Of a stretch of DNA of 64,000 bases, positions 1 to 10,704 are shown in pieces. Source of the stretch: Candidatus Dormiibacterota bacterium (GTDB taxonomy: Bacteria > Chloroflexota > Dormibacteria > Aeolococcales > Aeolococcaceae); NCBI GenBank assembly GCA_963791435.1, contig CAWBSL010000003.1, positions 186,320-250,319 of the forward strand. The letters run 5' to 3'. Within the stretch, counting starts at the first letter, position 1, and each line of letters starts with the position of its first letter. The notes under the pieces were generated by a model. The model saw nothing but the letters and a program-made list of their open reading frames with translations, had not been told where the DNA came from and made no database searches. The translations under genes were made by a program, and so were the position numbers.

Positions 1-116
1 GAATTGCAACGCTTGTCGGCGCTTGTCGGACCTGGCACCGGACCGGCAACACCTGGAACCGCGTAGCCGTCACCCGCGGACATCGTGCGTTTCGAGGGCG
101 TGCCTGACGTCTAGCG

Positions 117-1188
117 TTGCCGTGTGTCCTTTGCCCGCGTCAGCGCGTGCACGGCGACGTGAGCGCGCTCACGTGCTCGCTCGGACCGGACAGCGCCGGG
201 ACCGTGCTGATGCGCGAGTTGCGCGGCGCACGCCACACAATCGACGCTGCAATCTACGAGGTGGGCCCGTCGTATCGGTGGGCGCTCGTCCGCGCGGCTG
301 AGCGCGGAGTCGCCATCCGGTTGGTGCTTGACTCGCACCGCTCCGATGGCAACGCAGCCACCGCCCGTGCGCTGATCGCCGCGGGGGGTGAGTGTCGCGT
401 CGCCGGGGTGGGCGCGGACGCGGCACACGGCAAGCTCCTCATCGTCGAACTCGACAGTGGCGGTCGGGACCGGGAACCTCATCTGGCGCGACGCGCCGCG
501 CGACCGCCACCTTCGGCTTCCTCCGCATGCGGATCTGCTTGCTGGAACACGCGAGTGGTGGGTGACGGCGAAGCGCTCGCGGCAGTTGCACCGTGTGGCA
601 GCCGAGGCATTCGGGAACCACTGGGCTGCCGCCACCATGCCGCCGGCGTCGTGGGCGAGCGATTCGCAGACGGGACCGCCCGGCGTCGGCACACCGACAA
701 CACAGGTCGGGCCCAAGGACGTTTGCATCTCGTCACGCCGGATGCGTCTCGTGATCGGTGGCGCAGCAGTGGGAGAGGTTCTCGCGACGGCTCTGTCCGG
801 TGCTCGGCGACGGATCCTGGTGACCGTCCCGTACGCGCGCCCTGCTGCCGCATCGGTGAAGACGCTCCTCGATCTCATGACCCGGGCTTCCTCGCGCGGT
901 GTGGCCTGCGGTCTGCTCCTCGGAGGACTTCCCCAACGTGGGGATGCCGAGCTGCTGGCGGCGCTGCCCTTTGCAGTCCGGCGCATGGATCCGGTGCAGT
1001 CCACCTCGGGACACGCCAAGGGCCTCGTGGCCGACGGCTCGGTCATCGTGTCCTCCGCGAACTGGAGCGACGCCGGCCTCGGGGGCAACTGGGAGGCCGC
1101 GCTGCATATCGACCACCCGGCGGCTGCCGCCTACTACGCGGCGGCGTGGCGGCGGGACTGGGAGACCGGCGTCCCGATCGAGGTTTGA
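117..1188 (+). CDS. Phospholipase D family protein with two HKD motifs; apparent frameshift at 447-452
   Basis: The first frame gives ...AAHGKLLIV. Removing one A from GAACTC gives HGKLLIVDSTVAVGTGN (HxKxxxxD) and joins ORF 388..1188, which carries HAKGLVAD..SSANWS...NWE. Start codon uncertain. Confidence 0.8.
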
Positions 1189-1217
1189 CGCTGGAAGGGC
1201 CCGGCTATTCTCTACGG

Positions 1218-4080
1218 ATGCCCGATGTCGAGCCGCCGGCGCCAGCCGGCCCTGCTCCGGCGGCTGTCGCACCTGCTTCGCTGACGCTTCCGGCGGTCCC
1301 ACTCCGCGACAACGTCGTCTTCCCCTCGCAACTGGCGCCACTCGCAGCGGGGCGGCCCCGCTCGGTGGCGGCGCTCGAGGCGGCGGTGAATGGCGACGGG
1401 CGGGTCGTACTCGCCATCCAGCGTGACGCCGAACGCGACGACGCCTCGATCGATGACGTCCACGCGATCGCCGTCATCGCCCACGTCGGTGCCTTCAGGC
1501 GGCTGCCCGGCGGCGGCGCTCACGCACTCGTCGAAGGCAAGGAGCGCGTCCGGATCGACGCTTTCGATGCCTCGGGAGATGCGTGGGTCGCCACCGTCAC
1601 ACCGATCCCCATCGACACGGTCGAAGGGACCGAGGTGGACGCGCTCTTCGGATCCGTGCGCACGCTCTTTGCCGACTACGTCAACGCAGGCGCTCAGGTG
1701 GGTGCCGACACCGCGGTCGCCATGGCACGAGCATCGCAACCGGAGCTCATTGCCGACATCGCGAGCACCTGTCCCGACTTCGGCTTCGATGACCGTGTCG
1801 CGCTCCTCCAGGAGACCGACGCGATCGCCCGCCTGCGCACGCTCATTCCACTGCTCGCCCGCGAGGTCGAGGTGGCGCAATTGCGCACCAAGATTCACGA
1901 GGACGTCCAGAAGACGATCAACAACTCGCAGCGCGAGCACATCCTGCGCGAACAGTTGCGCGCGATCCGCAAGGAGCTCACCGAGCTCGACGACGCTGGT
2001 GAGGACGACGAGGACCTCGCGGCCCGAGTCGAGAAAGCCGGCATGCCTGACAACGTCAAGCTGCGAGTCCTCAAGGAAGTTCACCGCCTCGAACAGATCC
2101 CCAGCGCTTCCCCCGAGATGGGAATGGTCCGCACCTGGGTCGACTGGCTCCTGGACCTCCCCTGGGTCGACCCCCCAGCCGAAACCCTCGACATCGAACG
2201 CGCCGCCGCCATCCTCGACGAAGACCACTACGGCCTGACGAAAGTCAAAGACCGCATTTTGGAATGGCTCGCCGTCCGAGAACGCATCCGTACCAAAGGC
2301 ATCGCCGAGGAAGCAGCCGCCGCGGAAACCGCAAAAGCCGAGGCCACTGCTGCTGTCGAGGCCGCGAGATTGGTGGGGGAGTCGGCGAACGAATCAGCAA
2401 AAGAGCCAGCAGTCTCGGGAGCCGAAATTGCGGCCGCTGAAGAAGATGCTGCCAGCGACGGCGCAGCCAACGCCGCCGCCGAAGAAGCCCCAGACTCGGC
2501 GTCTGAAGCGACCGCGGAGAGGACTCCCCAGGAGGCGGGTGGCGGAGCGGGGGGAAGCGCCGATCCCAGGCCCGGCGCCGCGCAGGACGTTCCCAGAGCG
2601 CAAGACGATGAGGAGTCAGACCGGGCCGGCGAGCGGCGAGGGGTACCCGCTCCGACAGGACCCGCCGCACTCGCGACGGCTCCAAAGCCGAGGCGCACGC
2701 TACAGACGCCGATCCTCTGCTTCGTGGGCCCCCCAGGCGTCGGCAAGACCTCACTAGGCCGCAGCATCGCCAGAGCGCTGGACCGCAAGTTCGTGCGAAT
2801 GTCCCTTGGTGGCATCCGTGACGAGGCTGAGATTCGCGGCCATCGCCGGACGTACATCGGAGCGCTCCCGGGCAGGATCATCCAGTCGATGCGCACCGCA
2901 GGGACGCGCAACGCCGTGATCATGCTCGACGAGATCGACAAGGTCGGTGCGGACTTCCGTGGCGATCCGTCCGCAGCGCTGCTCGAGGTCCTCGACCCGG
3001 AGCAGAACTGGGAATTCAGTGATCATTATCTCGAAGTCCCGTATGACCTTTCGCAGGTGCTGTTCATCACCACCGCCAACATTGCCGAGACGATCAGCCC
3101 GCCACTGCGTGACCGGATGGAGATCATCCGCATCACCGGATACACCGAGCAGGAGAAGGTACAGATCGCGGAGCGACATCTCGTACCGCGTCAGCTTGAC
3201 CAGCATTCGCTCGACGCCAATGAGCTGGAGATTCCGCGCGAAACCATCATCGCCATGCTGCATGGGTACACGCGCGAAGCCGGTGTTCGTCAGCTCGATC
3301 GCACGATTGCCGAAGTGGCTCGCAAGGTGCCGCGCAAGCTCGCCGCAGGGGTTGTGCCACCGGTTGTCATCACGCCGGCGGATCTCTCCGAGCTGCTCGG
3401 CCCGAGACGCCATGACTACGGCGAGGCGCAGGAGCAGGATGAGATCGGCGCGGTCACGGGCGTGGTGGTCAGCGAGGTGGGGGGCGACATCATCACCGTT
3501 GAAGCGCTGGCGATCGAAACCAAGCCTGACCTGGTGCTCACCGGGCAACTGGGAAGCGTGATGGAGGAGTCCGCACGCGCAGCTTTGTCATGGGCGAAGG
3601 TGCATGCCGTCGAATACGGCGCGCCGCGTGACTTCTTCGACACGCACGCGATCCACGTGCACGTCCCCGCGGGCGCAATCCCCAAGGACGGTCCATCAGC
3701 CGGCGTGACGCTCGCGACCGCGATGGTCTCGGTTGCGTCTTCGCGACGTGTGCGCAGGGATCTCGCCATGACGGGCGAGGTCACCTTGCGCGGCAAGGTG
3801 CTTCCCATCGGGGGCGTGAAGGACAAGCTGCTCGCGGCCCATCGCTCGGGGCTCAAGACGTTCATCCTCCCCGCGAAGAACGTTCGCGACCTGTACGAGG
3901 TTGACAAGGAGATTCTCGACGCCATCGAGATCGTCCCCGTCGACAATGTCAGCGAAGTGCTCGACCGGGCACTTGTCGAGTTCGGATGCACCCCGCAAAC
4001 GTGAACGCCGGGGCGCGGGCTTCGTGCTCCCGATCACCAGCGCGGACGTCATCGGTCCGATCAACGCCGAGCCCGCGTAA
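1218..4080 (+). CDS. lon: ATP-dependent Lon protease (LonA). As read it stops at 4004; the probable true stop is 4080 after correcting a 1-nt insertion at 3978-3983
   Basis: Lon N-domain (LPAVPLRDNVVFP), Walker A GPPGVGKTS, Walker B MLDEIDK, catalytic PKDGPSAG and GGVKDK. A GC3-rich tail continues in the +1 frame to TAA 4080. Confidence 0.95.
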
Positions 4081-4089
4081 CCCGCCGCT

Positions 4090-4743
4090 GTGACCGACAC
4101 GCTGCGCGATCTGGTCGAACTGGCGATTGTCGTCGACCCGGTGTTCGATCAGAACTGCTACGTCCTGCGCCGCCGCGACACGACAGATGCGCTGCTCGTC
4201 GACCCGGGGCTCCAGCATCCACAAACACTTGCGCTGCTTGAGAAACGAGGGTTGCGGTGTGACCGCATCCTGCTGACGCACGGGCACGCTGACCATGTCA
4301 ACGGCGTTCCTGCAGTCAAGGCGGCATTCGGCTGCGAAGCCGCCATCCACCCCGATGACCGCGAGCAACTCGAGGCTGTGCATTACCTTCCAGGCGTGCC
4401 GGACGACCTTCCCGATGTGGTCTGCGAGCAGGATCTGCAGGATGGCGAACTGCTGCGCTGGCACGATCTCGACATCGAAGTGATGCATACGCCGGGTCAC
4501 ACGCGCGGCTCCGTCTGCTTTCGCGTGGGGCCGGACCTGTTGTCGGGCGACACGCTGTTCAATCGTGGCATCGGTCGCTCCGATCTTCCCGGTGGCTCGT
4601 GGCCCGCGCTCATCTTTTCAATCGAGAGTCGCATCTACACGTTGCCCCCTGAGACAGTCGTGTATCCGGGCCACGGACAGCGGACGACGGTCGATGAGGA
4701 GATGCGCTTGAACCCATTTGTGGTGCACGCCCGATACCGGTAA
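4090..4743 (+). CDS. MBL-fold metallo-hydrolase (glyoxalase II-like)
   Basis: THGHADHV, HTPGHT, SGDTLF and YPGHG motifs. Confidence 0.92.
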   Translation: MTDTLRDLVELAIVVDPVFDQNCYVLRRRDTTDALLVDPGLQHPQTLALLEKRGLRCDRILLTHGHADHVNGVPAVKAAFGCEAAIHPDDREQLEAVHYLPGVPDDLPDVVCEQDLQDGELLRWHDLDIEVMHTPGHTRGSVCFRVGPDLLSGDTLFNRGIGRSDLPGGSWPALIFSIESRIYTLPPETVVYPGHGQRTTVDEEMRLNPFVVHARYR

Positions 4744-4784
4744 TCCGCGGACCGTGTGTTACGGTGGCGAAGGGGGCGCTGAGA

Positions 4785-5411
4785 ATGGGCTACATCATGA
4801 GAACAACACTGGTCGTCGGCGTATGCGCTGTGGCGGTCGCAACGGCCGGTTGCGGAGGCGTCCCGTCGGTGGCAACCACGTCGGTGACACCGACTGCCGC
4901 ACTGCCATCTACGTCAGCATCGCCGCAGGCATGCGCGAATCCCGATGTCGCATCGGCGACCGCTCCGGTGACGCAACTCGCGCTCACAGTCAGTGATCTG
5001 CCGACGACCGGCCCTGCACTCGAACAGATCAGCGACGGCGAGATGAACCACATCGTCAACACCGATCAGCGTGGATTTGCCAACGTGGCCAACACGTTTC
5101 GCATCGAGGACGACGTCGTGCTCGATGCCTCGACACAGGCTGCTTCAGCAGACTACCCGCAGCTCCAGACCACAACGCGTGCACTCTTCACGACGCTGAA
5201 GACCACGTCGGCGCCGTCAGGTCTCGGGTGTCAGGCCGACGAGTTTGGCGGTACCACGTCGACCGGATACAGCCAGGTGGGAGTCGTCTTCCAGGATGGA
5301 GACGTGATTTCCGTCATCCTCGTCGTCAATTCCGCGGCGACGGTCGATCCCGCGTATGCCGAGGCGGTCGCGCTGGCGCAGGATCAGAAGATCGTCGCAG
5401 CCCCGAGCTGA
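4785..5411 (+). CDS. Hypothetical lipoprotein
   Basis: Hydrophobic signal ending in ATAGC (lipobox-like), then a Thr/Ser/Pro linker. Start uncertain (4764, 4785 or 4797). Confidence 0.65.
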   Translation: MGYIMRTTLVVGVCAVAVATAGCGGVPSVATTSVTPTAALPSTSASPQACANPDVASATAPVTQLALTVSDLPTTGPALEQISDGEMNHIVNTDQRGFANVANTFRIEDDVVLDASTQAASADYPQLQTTTRALFTTLKTTSAPSGLGCQADEFGGTTSTGYSQVGVVFQDGDVISVILVVNSAATVDPAYAEAVALAQDQKIVAAPS

Positions 5412-5415
5412 TCGG

Positions 5416-5997
5416 TCAGTCGACCCTTCCGAGGCGCTCGAGCAGCTCATGGAGGATCGCTCCGGTCACGCCCCAGATGACCCGGCCAGACGCCTCGTAA
5501 TAGTGGATGCGCCCGCGGATGCCGTTGCGTTGGATCTCGCGAACGGCGTGAGGGGCCACCAATAGGTCCGCGATGTCGATGCGGAACCATTCCGCGATCT
5601 CGAAGTCGTCGGTCCGCAGGTCGATCGGCCCGCGCTGCAGCCCCACCACCGGTGTGAGCCAGCGACCGGACACCACCGTCGAGAAGGACGAGAGCAACCC
5701 GAGCACCTCGACGCTCGATGGCTGGATGCCGAGTTCCTCGCCTGCCTCACGAATTGCTGTGGCAACGACGTCACTGTCGAACGCTTCGGCGCCACCGCCC
5801 GGAAAGGCGATCTGCCCCGGATGCTGGCGAAGCTCCTCGGAACGGAGCACGAACAGCAACGGCACCGCGGGTGTCGTGGGGTCACAGAGCAGCAGCACCG
5901 ATGCCGGGCGCAGACCCTCCGGCATTTGCGTTTGCGGCTCACCGGGGTCGCGGACTGCTGCCCGGAGCCGCTCGACGATCGGCGTCACCGACGTCAT
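5416..5997 (-). CDS. Nudix hydrolase, CoA pyrophosphatase type
   Basis: RSEELRQHPGQIAFPGG, Nudix box TAIREAGEELG, IWGVTG. Confidence 0.92.
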   Translation of the reverse strand: MTSVTPIVERLRAAVRDPGEPQTQMPEGLRPASVLLLCDPTTPAVPLLFVLRSEELRQHPGQIAFPGGGAEAFDSDVVATAIREAGEELGIQPSSVEVLGLLSSFSTVVSGRWLTPVVGLQRGPIDLRTDDFEIAEWFRIDIADLLVAPHAVREIQRNGIRGRIHYYEASGRVIWGVTGAILHELLERLGRVD

Positions 5998-6038
5998 CGG
6001 GTCGCGGCTTCCCAGGCGCCTGACGCCGTACCCTTGAA

Positions 6039-6333
6039 GTGATGACCACCGACTCGCCGACCGAGAGCAAACCGAGACGGCGCTGTCCCTCCTGTGGCGG
6101 TGAGTTGCGCTTCTCGCACCGCGAGTACGCGGGCAAGGGCACGTCGGCAGCCGTGCTGCGCTGCTCGGGGTGTGGCGACGTCATTCGTGACAGCGCGCGT
6201 GAGTTCGATACAGGCGCCGCAACGCCATACCTCGAAGCGTCATCGCGATCTCGACGCAGGTCCTCCGGCGAACCCGGTGCTTGACCCGGAGCTTGCGGCG
6301 AAGCTCCTGCAAGCCGGTCGCGACTCCGGCTGA
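6039..6333 (+). CDS. Small zinc-ribbon protein; apparent frameshift at 6201-6206
   Basis: CPSC...CSGC. Removing one T in GAGTTC joins ORF 6039 to ...SIQAPQRH...NPVLDPELAAKLLQAGRDSG*. Confidence 0.6.
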
Positions 6334-6334
6334 C

Positions 6335-7174
6335 TCATCGCCCCGCGGCGACGGCCGCCGGCCGCGCTGTCGTGGCGAAGCGCTCAAACCAGTTCAGGAC
6401 GCCGGCATTCACGGTGTCGCGGTCGACATCGACGGAAATCGCGTGGCCACTGCGCGGCAACAGGTCAACCTCGACGGCCTCGCTCCCGACCAGGCGTTTG
6501 CCGATCTCCTGCGCGCATTTCGGATCGATGGACCGATCGCGCTGACCGTGCACGACAAGCACGGGAGCGCGAATCTCCGCCAGTTCGTTGCGCACCACCG
6601 CGCAGAGGCGGCGGAGCTCGTCGATGCTCCGCGTGGGCCGGATGCCATAGCTGTACAACTCTTCGACAGCGTCGGGATCCCAGAGATCGACGTCGTCTCC
6701 GGCGCGGTGCCAGCGCACCACGCGTTTCAGCAGCGGAAGCAATGGCGGGAGCGGACCGCTCAGCCAGATCGGTGCGGCGAGCGTCGCGACGGCGCGCACT
6801 CGAAGGTCGTGGGCCGCGAGGTGCAGGGCGAGCGTGCCGCCCATCGACTGGCCGGCGACCATGACGTCATCGCACTCCGATGCGAGCTCGTCGAACGCCC
6901 CCGCCACGAAGGCCGCCCAGTCCTGCCAGGTGGTGCGCTCGAGATCCTCGGGGGTGGTGCCGTGACCCGGAAGCACGGGCGCATGGCAGCGGAAGCCACC
7001 AGCGGCCAGCGCTTCGCCGAGCCGGCGGAGCTCCGGCGGGGTGCTCGCGAAGCCGTGGATCAGCAGGACGCCGCGGGGCCCGTCGCCCAGGCGCCACGGG
7101 CGCACGACATCCGGATCGAAGGGCGCAAGGGTGCGGGCGGTCACGCCATCGAGTATATGGATCGCCCTCGTCAT
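6335..7174 (-). CDS. Alpha/beta hydrolase, carboxylesterase / monoacylglycerol lipase type
   Basis: LLIHGF, LPGHG, nucleophile GQSMGG, HGQRD, SGH. Confidence 0.9.
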   Translation of the reverse strand: MTRAIHILDGVTARTLAPFDPDVVRPWRLGDGPRGVLLIHGFASTPPELRRLGEALAAGGFRCHAPVLPGHGTTPEDLERTTWQDWAAFVAGAFDELASECDDVMVAGQSMGGTLALHLAAHDLRVRAVATLAAPIWLSGPLPPLLPLLKRVVRWHRAGDDVDLWDPDAVEELYSYGIRPTRSIDELRRLCAVVRNELAEIRAPVLVVHGQRDRSIDPKCAQEIGKRLVGSEAVEVDLLPRSGHAISVDVDRDTVNAGVLNWFERFATTARPAAVAAGR

Positions 7175-7197
7175 GCTCGGTGGTACCGTCGCGCGAG

Positions 7198-8229
7198 ATG
7201 GGCGAGGAGGTGATGCGGCAGGCACTCGAGACGGTGGTGTCCGGCGGCTCCCTGGATGCGGCGACCGCCCGATCCGTGATGGACACGATGATGGAGGGCG
7301 GCGCGACGCCCGCCCAGGTGGGGGCGCTCGTCGCCGCGCTGCGCACGAGAGGCGAGACGGTCGATGAGCTGGCGGGCATGGTCGAGTCGATGCGTGCGCA
7401 TGCGACGCACGTCAAGCTCGAGGTCGAGGCGGTCGACACGTGTGGCACCGGAGGCGATGCCGCCGGGACCTTCAACATCTCCACCGCGGCGGCACTCGTC
7501 TCTGCGGGAGCGGGTTGTCCCGTCGCCAAGCACGGGAATCGGGCGGCCTCGTCGCGCTGCGGGAGCGCTGACGTTCTAGAGGCGCTCGGCGTGGTGATCT
7601 CGCTGTCCCCCGAAGGTGTTCGCCGGTGCGTCGACGAGGCGGGGATCGGGTTTCTCTTCGCGGTCGAATTTCACCCGGCGCTGCGCCATGTCGGTCCCAT
7701 CCGTCGCGAGCTGGGGTTCCGCACCGTCTTCAACGTGCTCGGCCCGCTCGCCAATCCGGCCCGCGTGCGCCACCAGTCACTGGGGGTTTCAAACGCCAGG
7801 CTGACGCCGATGATGGCCGAGGTGCTGCATCGAATCGGACACGTCCACGCGCTCGTCTTCACCGGACCTGGCGGTGTGGACGAGCTCGGAGTCGGCGGGA
7901 ACGCGCAGTGTTACGAGGTCACCGCGGAGGGCGTGCGCGATTTCGTGCTCGATCCCCGTGATGTCGGCATCGAGCCGGCTCCGTTCGAGGCGGTGCGCGG
8001 CAGCGATGCAGAGACCAACGCAGCCATCATCCGGTCCGTGCTGGATGGTGAGCGCGGCGCGCGCCGCGATGTCGTCCTGCTCAACGCAGCCGCTGTGCTC
8101 TTTGCCGCCGATCAGGTGACGACACTCATCGACGGCATCGGCGTCGCGCGAGATTCGATTGATTCCGGTGCGGCGCGACGCACGCTCGAACGGCTTGTCA
8201 GCGTGTCCAACGCTGCGGCGACGGCATGA
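7198..8229 (+). CDS. trpD: Anthranilate phosphoribosyltransferase
   Basis: DTCGTGGD, FNIST, KHGNR, GSADVLEALG, RTVFNVLGPL. Confidence 0.96.
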   Translation: MGEEVMRQALETVVSGGSLDAATARSVMDTMMEGGATPAQVGALVAALRTRGETVDELAGMVESMRAHATHVKLEVEAVDTCGTGGDAAGTFNISTAAALVSAGAGCPVAKHGNRAASSRCGSADVLEALGVVISLSPEGVRRCVDEAGIGFLFAVEFHPALRHVGPIRRELGFRTVFNVLGPLANPARVRHQSLGVSNARLTPMMAEVLHRIGHVHALVFTGPGGVDELGVGGNAQCYEVTAEGVRDFVLDPRDVGIEPAPFEAVRGSDAETNAAIIRSVLDGERGARRDVVLLNAAAVLFAADQVTTLIDGIGVARDSIDSGAARRTLERLVSVSNAAATA

Positions 8230-8921
8230 GCCGGGCATCGGCGCTGCTGAGCCTGCAGCAGATCGACGATCGCATCGCAACGGTGATGTCCGAGATCGCA
8301 GTCACCGAGGCATCGCTCCGCGGCGACCCCGAGCTCGACCGACTGCGCGCGGCAGAGGCAGCGGCCCACGAAGAGCACCGTGCGCTCGGATCGAGCGCGA
8401 AGCTCGCGGAACTCGAGGCGGCATCGATGCAGGCGCGCATCCGTGAGCTCGATAGACGGTTGTACGGCGGCAACGTGCGCAACCCGGCCGAGCTGATCGA
8501 GATGCAGCGCGAACTCGAAGCGATGCGTGCGAAGTTGTCGACGCTCGAGGACGACGCGCTGGGACGCATGGAGGAGGTCGACGTGTCGCAGGCAGCCCTG
8601 CAGAACGCGTCGGCGGCCGCCGCGGCACGCGATGCCCAGCGCAGCGCTGGCATGGAACCGCTGCGCGCGCGTCTCGCCACGCTCACCGCCGAGCGCGACG
8701 TCCTCAACGCGGAGCGTGATGCGCTGCGCGCCGATACGGACTCAGGCGATCTGTCCCTCTACGCTCGAATCGCCGCGCACCGGCGCCCTGCTGTCACCGG
8801 ACTCGCGGGTGAGTTCTGTGCGGGCTGCCACATGCCGGTTTCCAACGAGGAGCGACGCGCTGTCCGCACCGGGACCGGGCTCACGCAGTGCGCGAACTGC
8901 GACCGGATCCTCGCACCGTGA
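8226..8921 (+). CDS. Coiled-coil protein with C4-type zinc ribbon (DUF164-like)
   Basis: LQQID start, long coiled coil, C-terminal CAGC...CANCDRIL. Confidence 0.9.
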   Translation: MSRASALLSLQQIDDRIATVMSEIAVTEASLRGDPELDRLRAAEAAAHEEHRALGSSAKLAELEAASMQARIRELDRRLYGGNVRNPAELIEMQRELEAMRAKLSTLEDDALGRMEEVDVSQAALQNASAAAAARDAQRSAGMEPLRARLATLTAERDVLNAERDALRADTDSGDLSLYARIAAHRRPAVTGLAGEFCAGCHMPVSNEERRAVRTGTGLTQCANCDRILAP

Positions 8922-9364
8922 CAGCAACGGTGATCGCATACACGGACGGTGCCTGCTCGGGAAATCCCGGCGCGGGAGCCTGGGCGTATCGCATCGAATG
9001 GCCCGACGGCGGTGTCGACGAGGCTGCCGGCGGTGAGCTCGATACGACCAACAACCGCGAGGAGTTGAAAGCCGTCCGTGAGGCGCTGCTGCGCATTCGT
9101 GCGCGTGTCGGCGATGACCCGGCGTGGCGATTCGTGATACGGACCGACAGCCTCGGCGTCATCAACTGGCTCACCGGATCGTGGAAACGCAAGAAGAATC
9201 TCGACCTCTACCCGACGATCGATCCACTCATCGACAAGCGCGTGCGGTTCGAGCACGTGCGCGGCCACAGCGGCATTCCCGGCAACGAGCGTGTCGACAG
9301 TCTCGCGGTGGAGGAGACGCAGCGGATCATGGCCGGCTCGGCCGGCGGAGGCATTGCGCGATGA
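8918..9364 (+). CDS. rnhA: Ribonuclease HI
   Basis: YTDGACSGNPG, TTNNREEL, TDS, HVRGHSGIPGNERVD. Confidence 0.95.
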   Translation: MTATVIAYTDGACSGNPGAGAWAYRIEWPDGGVDEAAGGELDTTNNREELKAVREALLRIRARVGDDPAWRFVIRTDSLGVINWLTGSWKRKKNLDLYPTIDPLIDKRVRFEHVRGHSGIPGNERVDSLAVEETQRIMAGSAGGGIAR

Positions 9365-10258
9365 CCTACTCGATCGTGGCACGCGATCCAGAAACGGGAG
9401 CACTCGGCGTCGCGGTGCAGTCGCACTGGTTCTCGGTGGGCTCGGTGGTGACCTGGGCGGAGTCCGGCGTCGGAGCGATCGCGACGCAGTCGTTCGCCGA
9501 GCCCGCGTACGGCCCGCGCGGCCTGGCGTTGCTGCGTCTCGGTATCGACCCGGAGACGGCGCTGCAGGCGCTGACCAGCGCGGACGTCGAACAGGCTCGC
9601 CGGCAGGTCGCATTCGTCGACGCGACCGGCCGCGTCGCCGCGCACACCGGCGCGCTGTGCATCGAAGCGGCAGGCCACATCACCGTCCGACGGCGTGTCC
9701 GTGCAGGCGAACATGATGCGCAGTGCGAGCGTCTGGCCCGCGATGCTCGAGGCATATCAGCGATCAAAGGGCGATCTGACCGACCGGCTCCTCGCGGCGC
9801 TCGACGCCGCCGAGGCGGCGGGTGGTGACATCCGTGGGCGGCAGTCGGCGGCGATGCTCATCGCGGCGGGCACGAGTTCTAGTCAACCATGGCGTGATCG
9901 CCTCGTCGATCTGCGCGTGGATGACGCGCCCGATCCGCTTGCCGAGCTGCACCGTCTCGTGAACGTGCACCGCGGGTACCAGCACATGGAAGCCGCCGAG
10001 ACGCACCAGATCGCGGGCGACCTCGCGGGCTCACTCGAGGAGTATCAGCTTGCCCGGCCGCTGCTCGGCGCCAACGATGAGGCGGCATTCTGGTCGGCGA
10101 TCCTGATGGCCGACGCAGGCCGGGTTGAGGAGGGGAAAGCACTGCTCGCGGACATCGCCGCACGCGAGCCCGGTTGGAACGACCTGCTTCGCCGCCTGCC
10201 GGCAGTCGACCTGCTGCACAACGGCGAGGCCACGGTGACGGCACTGCTGGGTTCGTGA
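9361..10258 (+). CDS. DUF1028 (Ntn-hydrolase-like) protein; apparent frameshift near 9686
   Basis: MTYSIVARD...GVAVQSH, ATQS, AHTG; continues in the next frame as SVQANMM...AGGDIRGRQSAA...DLRVDD. Confidence 0.88.
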
Positions 10259-10264
10259 GGAAAG

Positions 10265-10642
10265 TGCAAGCCGGCCGATAAGCCGGGTTCTGTCCTCACC
10301 CGCGCGGCGGACGAGGGACGGTCATCCATCTGGGACGCCGGTTACCCGGCGCCTCGAGCGGCCCACCTGAGACGCACGAAGCGAGCAACTCCTGAGCGCC
10401 GAAACGCTCGGTCTCTGTTCGGCCTTGCTCCGGGCGGGGTTTACCTGGCCGGCCGGTCACCCGGCCGCCGGTGGGCTCTTACCCCACCATTTCACCGTTG
10501 CCCCGGACGGGTCCGGGGCTGTGTCATTTCTGTGGCACTCTCCTTCGGGTCACCCCGACTGGGCGTTACCCAGCGCCCTGCTCTGCGGAGCCCGGACTTT
10601 CCTCGGACGCAAAGGCGCCCGCGACCGTCTGGCCGGCTTGCA
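10265..10642 (-). ncRNA. rnpB: RNase P RNA
   Basis: The reverse strand contains GAGGAAAGTCCGGGCTC and ACAGAACCCGGCTTA, with complementary termini (GCAAGCCGGCC...GGCCGGCTTGC). Confidence 0.97.
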
Positions 10643-10704
10643 TGTCGAGTCTATCCTCTGTGGCTCCCCGCCAACGACATCACCTCCGGGAGAACACCGG
10701 CACC

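Noticed and set aside
11-60. Short repeats (GCTTGTCGG twice; ACCTGG.ACCG) at the window start
   Set aside because: Too short, and the context is cut off by the window edge.
2300-2700. Intein in Lon
   Set aside because: No Cys/Ser-initiated block A, no His-Asn terminus and no LAGLIDADG motif; the segment is only low complexity.
117-4004. 1295-aa ORF suggesting a PLD-Lon fusion
   Set aside because: It results from the frameshift at 447-452. The PLD continues in another frame and stops at 1188, and Lon has its own ATG at 1218.
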